Positions 48,851 to 61,884 of a DNA stretch of 64,000 nt are shown in pieces. Origin of the DNA: Octopus vulgaris (taxonomy: Eukaryota); the NCBI GenBank assembly GCA_951406725.2, contig OX597817.1:21328001-21392000 (forward strand), in the 5' to 3' direction. Under the pieces are notes generated by a model. It did no database searches. It saw nothing but the letters and a program-made list of their open reading frames with translations, and was not told the DNA's origin. Every line of letters begins with the position of its first letter. Position 1 is the stretch's first letter. Made by a program: the position numbers and the translations under genes.

Positions 48851-51800
48851 ACATAAACACACATATACATATACACATGCACACATACAAGCACATGTAT
48901 GTATATACTACTTGAATCCATCACTCTCACTGGTATAAAATTATCAACATTCAATATGATAAAACTATTTTTTTAATTTTATGATTTTGTGAAAGGATTG
49001 ACTGTAAACGGTATATAGTGAACGGGGACTCTGAGCCAAAGAAAGTGGATACCACTGATCTAGGTGAATAACGATATCTGAACGTAAAGTACATTATAGA
49101 CACAGCATGTTGAAAACCTGGATTAAGGGCATCCGCCTCCAAACTTTCTATCCAACATAATATCACAACAATAATGTAAAATATCAATATTTATGCTTGT
49201 AGGAATTTATTATCCACTACAGTGTATCTAGTGTTATTTATTATACTCTTAATCGAGTTCCGTTTGTTTTCGAATACCTTATATTCCATAATCAATTTTT
49301 AGAATTTTAATTATCTTCAGCTATTCCGAGTCTCTACGTAGAACATGAAAACCATAATGTACTGTTTGTTTACTAAAACTATCGTCTAGAAGCCTCTTAT
49401 CTCAGAGAAAATCTAATCATTGTTATTTATTGGAATATTATATCAAATTTAGAAGTATCGAATCTTTTAATATATTGTTTTAAGTACATCCATTTTATTT
49501 TCACTTCATTTACAGTAACGTTTTTTATTGTCTATGTTTATTACTATAGCTTTTTTTTCAATAATAATTTATCAACTAACAGAATGTTTTTCAACTGAAA
49601 TTGTTATATATTCTACCTTATTTCATAATTAAGAGCAAAATTGAATATAGGTATTGATTTTTATTTTGGCAGAATGCCATCAATTTATAGGGGTAAATAT
49701 AATTGACTGGTTCAACTTCAATACATGCTTGTCACATACTTGTATGGACCCCAGGACAAAAGTATAAGCATTTCTCCTATTTTCTGAAAAGGCAAATGTG
49801 TTACAAATCTTTTTTTAATAAAATAAATCCTTTTAAAAATATCTAATATATGGAACTGCGTATAATTAAACACAAAACTATATCAGATACGACTAACAGT
49901 ATATATAGAAGTAACTTGAAAGTAAAATTGAGAAACTTTGCATGAAGTAAACACCAAGTAAGTTTGCTTTAAAAGACCCGTATTTTATGAAACTAAGACG
50001 CAAAGCCGGGTCGTGAACTACACTTAGCACATATTTATCTTTGAAAGTAAATTAATCGGTACGGATCTTTAAGATAAGGATTAGTTTATCCAATACTTTT
50101 GCTTGCTGAAAGGCATCGACTCACATATTTTCCATTTTGAAATGTTCTGTTCCATTGCTTCAATATCCATTACATGTATAGAAAATATCTATACCTGAAT
50201 ATCCATTACATGTATAGCAAAGGGAATTTGCCGCACCTCAAATTATGAAGATGGAAATAACACTCTAAAACACTATGTGTAATCGAATTTACACATCACC
50301 AATGCATTTGTGGCTCAGTGCCAGAGCAAGGAAAAGATCATTGTTAGTTGGATGCATCACTGTTGTAATTCCCTTTCTCTTAAATATATCATTATCAAGC
50401 ATGGCAGGCGATATAGAGTAAAGGATAATGAGCAGGCAACCTGGAGTCATAATGTAGTTTTATTTCATCTCGCATTTAAAATTCCTTTGGAAAAGCTCGA
50501 AAGTAGCTGAATGTAATTTTCCCCTCGTCACCACTATAGAGATTTTGAACGGAATCCAAAAGACATCATAATTATTATTTGAAGTTTTAACTTGCAAAGA
50601 TACATTTGATTTTGACCTCATCTTTATTTTAAGAAATTATTGTTTTAACCCACGACATCAATATAGTGAATTTGCTGCATAAGATTTAACAGCAACAGCA
50701 TGGAAACATATTGCCGATGTAAGGTCAGACCAACACTAAGTGAGTTTATTTTCATATGTAGAAAATACAATAGGGTTTGCATGACCACTTACCTAGATTG
50801 TTTTTGGCACTGAAAATGCTGGCCAAAACCGAATGATCGATAATCTATTCCCGTACAACATTTCTCTTTGATGAGATTTGATCACCAAGAGCAATGATTT
50901 TCTGATAAACACATTTTCAAGTGCAGTTAGCCTTTTAGCCGTTTCAGAAATACAAGTAAAACTAATCGATGCGTCAACATATCGTATTTTATCAATGATT
51001 TATGTCTTAAGAATGACGATTTTATGTACACTAGAGCGGTGCCCATCATACGAGTCGTAGGGCAGGACAGGGCTGTTAATTCGCAAATGTTACCAATAAG
51101 CAGGCATCACCATGATCGGGCATGCTATCCTTCTTTTCATGCAATGATGTTTGTCTAAAAATATTTACAGATAAATACACACACACACCTATACATAAAT
51201 ATCTTATAAATACAACTGTATCGTCAAGGTAGTTGTGTATGCTAGAAATAACAGTCATGTTTCTATGAATTTGTTTTAATTTTAGATGAATAGGAAATCA
51301 TTTACTCTCCGATTTCCCATAGTAAGATGGCATGGAGAAGCTGGAATGCGTTGTTTCATACATCTGCCCGACGAGACTTCAGTTAAGGTTAGGTTACAAC
51401 AGCAATGAGATGAACATATATTTTTTTTCTGTTTTGACTTACTGAAAGAGTCATTCTGTTTGAAAGTGTTACACACACACACACACGCACGCACACACAC
51501 ACTCACGCACGCACAGACACACATTGTTAGGGGAACAAAGATATTGCAAAAATACATACTTTTGCAACATATATTTCTGGGAGATCAATGTTTAAATGTT
51601 CTGAATATGATGCAACACATAATCCATTAAGCAGTAAGGCACCAAGAAAGACTTAATTTTAAAGTCAGCCATTACATAGGTGCTAAGAGCATGTGCATGA
51701 TAAACTCACAGAAGGATTTTATTAACACTGTGAACTCACTCACATCCTGCTAATCCCATAGTGTTACAACTGTTTACACATTTCGACACTATCCATGTGA

Positions 51801-52281
51801 GGCCGCTAATGTAGATTTAGCCGAAGTGGTCATTCAGAGATAATTCATTTAATCACGAACGCAGAGCAGCATCGGTGACAAGATACGAATGCCTCGTTCA
51901 TGCGTTTAAAGTCATTTGCTGACAACTTCAACAAATATAACGTTAGTGCCATTGTTAATTTGTTATTTTAATAGCTGCAGATATGGATTGTGGCCAAACT
52001 AGTGTACCACTTAGACTACTCTCAGTCAATTTTACCAACACCCTTTTGTAAAAGCATGTTCACATTACTTTAAAATATTGCTAATTTTATTGATCCATTT
52101 TAAACGAATTGCTAAGTATTAAAAACATCATTGGTTTTACACCAGGGAAAGCAATATATACATATGTGTGATGTATATAACCATACACATATACTTGCAA
52201 ACGTTCATATACACATAGGTATATGGTATATTGTATGAGTCCAAGCAAAATGTTAATATGCGTGTCTCTGTCTGTGTATGT

Positions 52282-52320
<39 letters not shown>

Positions 52321-52644
52321 AACGTATTTACATATTATTTAGGCGTGTATACAATATATTGTATACATATATGTGCGTCTGCAAATAAATATGTGTGTGC
52401 ATGTATGTATGCATCTTTGCACTTCTTATAAAGGCTATTCAGTTTTTACATGGAAGGGCAAAGTAGGCACTTAAATGTTTATGACCACCCTGAAAGCAAA
52501 GTCCAACTGGCCAAATCTTATTTTCTTTCAAATGATTGCCTTAGTACATCTGCCGTTTAATCTCATAAGTGTAGACTTTCCTTTCAAAATTCAAGCTTCA
52601 CACTTAAGTTTCAAACTCAACAATCTCTAACTTGCTTGTGTGTA

Positions 52645-52680
<36 letters not shown>

Positions 52681-52730
52681 TGTGATTGTGCGTGTACGTG
52701 AGCTAAATTGGCATGTCTCATGCACATATA

Positions 52731-52895
52731 GGCGCAGGAGTGGCAGTGTGGCAAGTAGCTTGTTTACCAACCACATGGTTCCGGGTTCAGTCCCACTGCG
52801 TGGCACCTTGGGCAAGTGTCTTCTACTATAGCCTCGGGCCGACCAAAGCCTTGTGAGTGGATTTGGTAGACGGAAACTGAAAGAAGCCCGTCGTA

Positions 52896-52952
<57 letters not shown>

Positions 52953-53166
52953 TTGTGTGTCTATGTTTGTCCCCCTTTGCATTGCTTGACAACCGATGCT
53001 GGTGTGTTTATGTCCCCGTTACTTAGCGGTTCGGCAAAAGAGCCCGATAGAATAAGCACTGGGCTTACAAAAAAGAATAAGTCCCGGAATCGAGTTGCTC
53101 GATTAAAGGCGGTGCTCCAGCATGGCCGCAGTCAAATGACTGAAACAAGTAAAAGAGTAAAAGAGT
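52731..53166 (+). mobile_element. SINE family A, full length
   Basis: Near-consensus copy from GGCGCAGGAGTGGCAGTGTGG to ACAAGTAAAAGAGTAAAAGAG. Confidence 0.95.
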
Positions 53167-53492
53167 ATATGGTCTACTCAAAAATAATTCCTTATGAGTT
53201 ACCGAATATGGAACATTCTAGAATAGCGCGCATTCACCTTTACCATAGAAGACCAATCAGCAGAACAGTGATAACAATATGCGAGATGTGTCATGTACGC
53301 GTTCAAGGCATCCAACCCCGACGAATGAGTATCTGGTATATTTCGTGAATGACTGTATATGAACTAAATAGAGGGAAAGAGTCAAATACTATTAGCCATG
53401 AATATAACAACAGAACAGCTTCGAAAAAGTAAGTAAGCTATTTTATGTATTAGATACTCGTGTATCCCTCCTTTCTGTGCATTGATGCAAGT

Positions 53493-53576
<84 letters not shown>

Positions 53577-54249
53577 AAATGGATACAACGAAGAATGTAG
53601 CGAAATTAATGACATCCTCAAATTTCTTTCGCAATTGAATAACTTGCGCCGTATAAATTCAAAAGATGTCTCCGCGTAAATTAAGATAAATCTATTTATC
53701 TATCTATCTATCTATCAATCTATATGTTTATGTATGTATGCATGTATGTATGTGTCTGCCTGCCTGTCTGCCTGCCTGTCTGTCTGCCTGCCTGCCTGTC
53801 TGCCTGCCTGCCTGTCTGTCTGTCTGTCCATTTCTCTCTTGCTATTCTCACCCTTTCTCACTTGCTGTTTCTCACCCCTTCTCTCTATCTTTGAATACGT
53901 ACTTAATGTTTTTCCATAGAGAAAATTTCCGGTGTCCATACATATACATACATACATACTCAAAGTTATATGTGTTTAAGTTTGTGTATGTAGGATTTTC
54001 TGGGTAAATTGAATGATATTTTTCTCCTATCGGGATCATCTCGATGTATTGGGGAACACTCAATTAAAGTAGCTGAAATATCAGCTGACATGTAGTACTA
54101 AAAGCCTTCCGTCTTTTGAAGACATTTTTACCTGTATCATGATGATTCGCACTCAGTATCAGAATTCCTACTTCATGACTGATGATGAATGCTCTATGAA
54201 CATTCTAAAGACAATAAGACGTGACATGCTTAGCTGCAACGGGGTCTAC

Positions 54250-54812
54250 GAGTCCGATGTCAGCAGGAAGTAACACAGAAGGCATTTGACTCCATCTCTG
54301 TGCTGGAATTCATCTCCACATCTTGAACAACAATGTAGGTTGGAATAAGACGGCTTTGTGAAGCAGCTCCAGAGTTTGTTCAAACCCTGGATGGAGAGGA
54401 AGTCCGCAGGAAAGCCATATTTGTAGCAGTAGCACTCTGATAAATAGCCTAACACATTTTTTTTTTACTTCTCAAAGTCTAGATTCTATTTACGTCCGTG
54501 AGTAACTATGTGTGAACACAGTTGGGAAAGACACGAAATGCACTGCTTGCAACACCAAGGCAGAACTGGTGGCAAAGGTCAAAGAAGCTTTCGATGATCT
54601 TCCTATGGACACGGCATAGAGCGCATACACTACATTCTGGAGACGTTCTAAGGCAGTGCTGCGAGTTGAAGGCAGCTCCGTTCAGTGAACTGTTATCTCT
54701 CATCCATAATCTAGAAATAGAAATTGATTTAAAAAAAGAAAATATTTGTAATTTTGCACGTGATACTGTTTTCTTTTCCTTTTGTTCAGACTGTCAAACT
54801 TATCCCCAACAC
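54250..54812 (+). mobile_element. Tc1/mariner-superfamily (maT/DD37D-like) transposon 3' relic
   Basis: KPWMERKSAGKPYL*Q.. / NYV*TQLGK / CTACNTKAELVAKVKEAFDDLPMDTA*SAYTTFWRRSKAVLRVEGSSVQ* resembles the DDD transposase C-terminus (..ACARFRSRLEAVVEAEGGYFE*). A TIR-like CTGTCAAACTTATCCCCAACAC follows. Confidence 0.75.
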
Positions 54813-56454
54813 ACAGACACACATACACACACACACACACACGTTCAGGCATGCACACGCACATTCACTCACACATATATTGTAAACAAACTATGTTCTC
54901 ATATATATATAAACGTGTGTGAACATAGTTTGTTTACAAAATATTTAAAGAATATATATAGAGAGAGATAGATAAATAGACAGATAGAAAGATAGTCGGT
55001 TAGAGAAATAGATAGATAGGTAGATAGATCGATAGATTTGATAGATATCTGTATGTAAGTGTTGCGTGTGTGTATACACACGAACATGCTCGCGTGTGTG
55101 CTGTAAGCAATCCGACATTTAAATTTTGATGAGTATTAAACATTACTGCTAATACTTTGACGTTTCTCGCCATAACACTCAATAAGCTTCCTTAAATTTA
55201 TTCACTCTAACCTGTCAAAGAAAATTACACAATAGTAAGAGTAAAATTCAAAAACCTCATTCTCATTTAGTAGACGGAAATCTAAGACAGTTTATCAATT
55301 AGCAGATACTTATTCTATTTTGCCTACTTATTTTGACATCATGTCCAACACACGCTTGCTTAAATCTCATTAAGTATGCTGGTTTCATTGTCGGCTTCTT
55401 GTACAAGTGTACATTAATGACTGATGGAATTATTTTTGTATTAATTTTGCTCTTTGCTCCAAACAATATAATGAGTATTGTATTTGATGAAAGTGTTGAT
55501 AAATAGCCCAACTAATGCATATATAATAAACCTAGGCTTATACATAGAGATGAAAATATATCCATTTACGAGCCAAGTTGGCTGCGTATACTCAATCACA
55601 AGATCCTCTAGAATTAGCAGCCAAATTTCTCTCAAATATCCCTTTTTCTCGCTGGGAGTCAAATCTAAAGTATATAAATATACCGACTGTTTATACACAT
55701 GTATGTATTCAGTTCAGTAAAAAAAAATCCATTGAAAAGCCTAATGCTGACTTGCACAAAAGACGATGGGTCGGAAGAGCAACACAATATTGTCCAGGCT
55801 ATTTTTATATTTCTATATACTAAATGTAGACATCTATCAAGTAGAGGTCTGTAACTATTTATTGATACAAAACTGATGAATGACAAACATGATTTAGTGG
55901 TTAGGCCAATGGTGGTTGTACGCTCCTACATTCTTAAACAAATATATAGACAATTCGGGAATAGAATCATTGTTTGATAACACATTTACTGCGATTCATT
56001 ACACACGCGCGCACGAAGTATATGCATACACTTACACACACACACACACACATATATATACATATGTGTGTGTGTGAGTGTTTGTATGTATGTATATATA
56101 TTGTCGATGACTCATTGTTCCTCTTTTTCTCTCTCTTCTCCCACTCTTTAATTCTTTTGACTCTCTTTTTCTCTCTCTTCTCTTCTCACGTGACCGCTGG
56201 GCAACTACAGCCTTTTCGCTTCGGACCTGCGCCACGCTAAGATCGGGTTCTTCGGTTGCCGTAAGGCATTATTTTTCAAATACGCCAGCTGAGTTCAATT
56301 CGTCTAAGTCGAAAGACGCCTGTTGTTATGTCCTGTTATTATTACTATTATTGTGACACTGGGGTATAATATACGAAGCCCAGTATACCCATCATGACTA
56401 CCCGTCTGATAAGGGTACACCAGGCACATGCATCACAACCATATGTGCGCAACA

Positions 56455-56491
<37 letters not shown>

Positions 56492-56819
56492 GCTTTTTGT
56501 ATTTATATTCGTATTATTTTTTGCTTCTTTTATTTATATTTGTGTAACATCGTCTGTTTTTCTGTCCTTGTTTCGTATACATTCGATCCTTTTCCCAAGA
56601 AATCTAATGCTCGTAGCTTAGTTTTTCCTTGGAGCTGGCCAGATCGGAGCAATCTCAAGATTAATCAGCCGAAATTGCGAGGATGATCCGGTTCTTGACT
56701 GAAGATTAAAAGCTTCGAATCACCCGTCCGTGGTTTTTGTATCGTCTATTTGAATGTTTTGCGTTATTGGCCCATTTTGTGTGTGTGTATATATATATAT
56801 ATATATTAAGAACAAACTT

Positions 56820-57133
56820 GGGTACAAGACACCAAAAAAAAGAAATGTCGAACACAATGAGAAACTAAAACATAACACAAAACCAATGAAATGGACATGT
56901 TTCTTAAACAAGGAAAAAATAGTGTACAGGACATACATCACAAGGAAAATTCCCCTTCATTTACGCGGTGTAGAAGAAAGAGAGGCGATTGAAGAAGGGG
57001 AATTTCCCTTGTGTTGTCTATCCTGTACTCTATTTTTTCGTCGTTTAAGAAAAATGTCCATTTCCTTGGTTTTGTGTTTATGTTTTTGTTTCTCAATGTC
57101 TTCGACGTCTTTGTTTTTTGATGTCCTGTACCC
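56820..57133. repeat. ~310-bp fold-back element between TA-rich tracts
   Basis: GGGTACAAGACACCAAAAAA..GAAATGGACAT..ACAAGGAAAATTCCCCTTC (56820-56958) pairs with GAAGGGGAATTTCCCTTGT..ATGTCCATTTC..TTTTTTGATGTCCTGTACCC (56994-57133). The ORF track shows similar peptides on both strands. Confidence 0.9.
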
Positions 57134-57217
57134 ATATATGCATGTATATATACGTGTAGATGTAGATACGTACATATATGTATATATGCATATGGTTTAT
57201 TTATTAATTTGTTATAT

Positions 57218-57267
<50 letters not shown>

Positions 57268-60200
57268 TTGAAGCTCAACATGATACACATTGATTGTAGC
57301 ATTTATAATAATATCAAAATGTATTTGCCATGCAGTTAAACGCTAAAGCAATAGAGAATAATGTTTATTAACATTGCTTACGACTTTTTCTGAAGCGTAT
57401 TGCTTTAAAAAATGATGTCAAATGTCTTTGTTTCCTTATATCCCTAACACACTACCTGGTTTTATTTTGAAAACGTACACAATTTTAAAGAAAGAACAAT
57501 AACTTGAAATTTCCTATGTTGTCTATACTAGGTAAAAGATTTCAAATGATTTCGTGAGCGAATCGGAATTGAACCGCTTTAATCGTTAAATTAATTACTT
57601 AAAATACATTAACGCTTTTATATCCACTTGTTTTATTAATTTACCATAGTACTGCAAGCGTTATAAAGTTTCGTCATCATAGTGGTATTGTATTACTAAG
57701 AGAAGAATGAAGATAATTTTTAATTATATGTAATATTATCAGAAATAAATAAAAATAAATCGAAATGAAACGGAACGGGTTTATATTAACCAGCTAATAT
57801 TACGCTTATACGAATTATAAGCAATTGTTAAATGAAAGTATTATTTGTTGATTTACAAAGTTAATAAAACCTATGCTATCGTTGATCTTCACTGTGTTGC
57901 ATCATAACAATAATGTAGTTCTGCTCAATTATATCTGAGAATTTTGGAATAGCTCTTCGTGAGTAATAGACTGAAATAATTTGCATATAATACTTAATTT
58001 ATTTTAGTTGATAGACTTTATATAAAAATCCATTTAAATATAAATCGATATTGACGTTATCTGATCTTTGAGCGTAGTGGTAGTCATGATCAAATTTAAA
58101 TTATTCCAAATTGGATTTTTTAATGATATCTGCATTAAGTACGTCGGCAATAAATTATCCACCGTTTTCTTTTTATGCACAGTGTATCATTGTGTGCTAT
58201 ATGCTTTTATAATAATAATTTTTCAGGTCGTGCAAAGATATTTCACATTTTACTGATTCGCATTACTAGACAAGAACATACAGTGAAGATAATGCTTTAA
58301 TAATGAGGTCTATTACGATCGAATTATGTTTAGAAGTGTCTTCCCTACTTGTCTTAATAATTAAAGTAGAAAAAGCCACCGATTAATATAGCGTTTCCTT
58401 CACTCTTCATCACAAATTGTTTAATGATCTTCGCGTTACAGAGGATAAAGCAAACATAACGAAAATTATATGTAAATCTTACCTGGAAACTGACATTATG
58501 CTTTTGTTTAAATATGAAAATAGGGAATTTGACGTATTTGTGGTAGATTTCATAATTCACAAGTGCATATTTGTGGAGAAATACGAAGAGAAGCAGTCGT
58601 CTGTTAGAAACGTAATTGATCAAATCTATGAAATATTGCACAATAAACAGAATGACTGATATTACGTATTATTATGGAATTGTATCCGTACTCATTTTGA
58701 ACGAAGGTCGGCCCTTTTGATAGGACTCGAAAGCGTTAGAAGAAATACTAACATTGTTCTAGCCTTATTCCTCGCTTTCTGGAAGATTGTGAGCTGAGTA
58801 CTTTGCCTCACAGGCTTCCACTACTGTCCCACATAACTAATTACACAGAAAATTAATGCAAGTTCAAGAATCGTTTGCTTCAATTAAAAACAAAAGAAAA
58901 ACAAACCCTTCTCATCTACATTCTTAATGTTTGCCAAAGAATGAACCAAAATACTAATTGTACGACATATGGTCATTTGTAATATAAACTCTTTGGCATT
59001 CTATGAAGCAGTATCAATATACAAAATCCAAGTCATAAACGTACAATATTTTTACATCAACAATTTTAGGGGTACATCTAATAATATCTTATAATATCAT
59101 ATATTCCTTGATATTATTACGTAAAAATTAATGACTACGATATCACATACTTCAGAATACTGAAGTAACGCTTCTTCGTATGAATTCACTATTTGCTCAA
59201 TATAATTCGGTTAAGAGCTCTATATTTCTGCAAGAATATATTGTATAACTTAAAAACGTATATTCTTTTAGCGAAAGTATGTTGGATTTTCACTTTCTCG
59301 AAATCGATAACAGAAATGTAAGTACCAGTAAGCGAGAGAATAAGTAGATAAATTGTCCACTTGTCACGAAATATAATGTGTCTTTGCTAAATTAACTTTA
59401 TTAATGGCGAAAGCTTAGAACCGTAGCTGCATGAATAAACTTAGAAACACAGACACTGGTTTCTCCCTCTCTCTCTCACTTTCACTCTTTCTCTCTTTCT
59501 CTCTTTCTCTCTCTCACTTTCACTCTTTCTCTCTCTCTCTCTCTCTCAGTATCTTACTCTTTCTCGCTCGCTCTCTCTCTCATGTTCCCCACCACTCGCT
59601 ATACATTCATTCATACAAAAGTAGTTGTAATAACAACAAAAGCAACAACAAATCTAACTAATGATGATGATGATGATGCTGATGATGATGATGATGAAGA
59701 TGCTGATGATGATGATGATGATGATGCTGATGATGATGATGGTGGTAGTGGTGGTGACGAGGATGATGATGGCGCCGACGACGATGACGATAATTTTGAT
59801 GATGATAGTGGTGTTGATAATATTTTTTTTTTTAAACTTACGCCTCAAGTAATATTTTTAATGGTTTGGTTCATTGAATGCATTGATATTTTCTACTCTG
59901 GTGCAATAAAATTTAAAATCTGTGCAGCTTGGTTTACACTACATAAGCAGAGGAATGAAACTAAATAATATTATAAAGTACCTGATCGGAGTTCAATATG
60001 TTAGTAGGTATATGCAAGATTTAATTAGCACACCAAGTATAAGCTACGCTATGAACATTGCATGTAGACACTTTATATTAAGTGCACGTGCTCTACGAAA
60101 TAGTAGTATTCTCATACTGTCGTCCACCTAATTACTAGGAAAGCATAAATATTGCGACATTTAATGACCTTACGAAGAAGCCTAGCATTAAAGCTTTTAT

Positions 60201-60354
60201 ATACCATCGAATCTCTGTTCAGATGTTTCCTATTATCTACGTAAGCAGTGTTCATTTTCTTTAAAATATAGAATCCACTAGTTATGCTGTCATATTCTAG
60301 TGAGATATCAATATCCAACTAACCTCGTTTTATTTGATACTGAGTTAAGAGAAC

Positions 60355-60550
60355 CAGCGGCAGAATAGTTAAATCGCCAGAAAAATGCCATCCGATATTT
60401 CCTCCGATTTCAAATAATCCTGAGGTCTGCTCTGCCTTGAATCCCATAGGGGTCGATAAAATATCATACCAGTTTAGTGCTGAGGCTGATGGTATTAATT
60501 AACTGCCTCTTTCTTCAAAACTGCTGGGTGTGTACCTAAATCAGATATCA
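60355..60550 (+). mobile_element. SINE family B, highly degenerate
   Basis: GGCAGAATAGTTA..TTCAAAT..GAGGTC..GCCTT..ATCC..AGGGGTCGATAAAAT..TACCAGT. Confidence 0.6.
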
Positions 60551-61884
60551 TAATTAAATACTCTACCGTGACTCTCAATGTGAACCACTTAGTAAATAAA
60601 TGTTTACTCGGTAAAATATAATAAAAACACATGTACTGTGCAAAATATTATTGCATTAGGATGTAGGTTGCACAATATGCTTGTTGAAAATAGATTCAAA
60701 TTTGGCGATACATCTGAAGAAAAATTAGAAGACAAGGTCAATTAAAACTTCTCACCGTTCCAAGGTGTTTGTGCCAAGATAAATCAATTAACCAGCTAAT
60801 TAGGTATGTTACAAAGTTCAAGTATTTGGCCAATTCATATTTACTTGGCTGATAATTTCTCTTAATTTCTAGACAACATTAACATATGGAATTTCTCAGG
60901 CACATGATTTTCATCGCTTCAAATTTAAATTGATTTTTCTTGAGAAAGGAGGAAGTATTTATATATACGTCTACAAATTACTGAAGAATGCAACGGAATA
61001 TTTGTATGTATATATATATACGGAGTTTATCTGGTGCAGTTCAGTTCTGTGTATATGAATATGATTTTTTGTGGCATATGGTAAATACGATACGCCATAT
61101 CATACTATGACGGTTATATAACAAATTAGTACAGTACCCAATTAAATCTCGCCTTCCTTATTCTCCAGTTAGTGAGACATGGAGAATTCATTCGATGTGG
61201 TTATTTGAGAAAGTAAAATATATATTGAATGAGACGGAGTTTGGGTATTCCTGACCAAATCAAAGCCAAAAACACTCAAGTGAGATTTGAAGAAATTTGT
61301 TTTCTGTGATACATGAAATGTCTGTCTTCATAAAGAAGTTTGTGTGTATACACTCGATATAATATATCGTGTATAGATTTCTCTTTGCGCATGTTCGTTG
61401 TTAACATGAAGACAGCACCTGAAGAGATTAGGCTTCTCTTCGAACTCAGAAAAATCTTCGTTCCAAACAACTATGAAATCCTCGATAGTTCAGTGAGATA
61501 CAAAATGAAGACTCATATCTTGGGACAGTGTATCTGTTATATACTCTCATACATACTCGCACACACTCTTACATATCTGGACTGAATCCAGGGGAAGAAC
61601 ACAATATTGTTTAGCATGATGTCAAAATATATACACCACCTCAGACCTACAGATATACTATTTACATTTTCTACGGCTGCAGTGACCTAATCCCATTCGA
61701 AATATTTGCTTTTGAACCGCCACTTCTTTGGTATTGACATATCTCTCGTCCCATCCCTTAATCATATTGGCTGCAGCCTTCCAAACCCGAAAGTAGCTAC
61801 AGTGCCGAGCCCTGATTTCTAAGAATATTAGCTGTTTGCGCAGATATTAACTGCTGTTCTCTGCTCGGAATAAGTAACGTAGAA

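Noticed and set aside
48951-49187. Minus-strand ORF with a signal-peptide-like start
   Set aside because: No ATG start, an in-frame stop just upstream, and no convincing splice acceptor.
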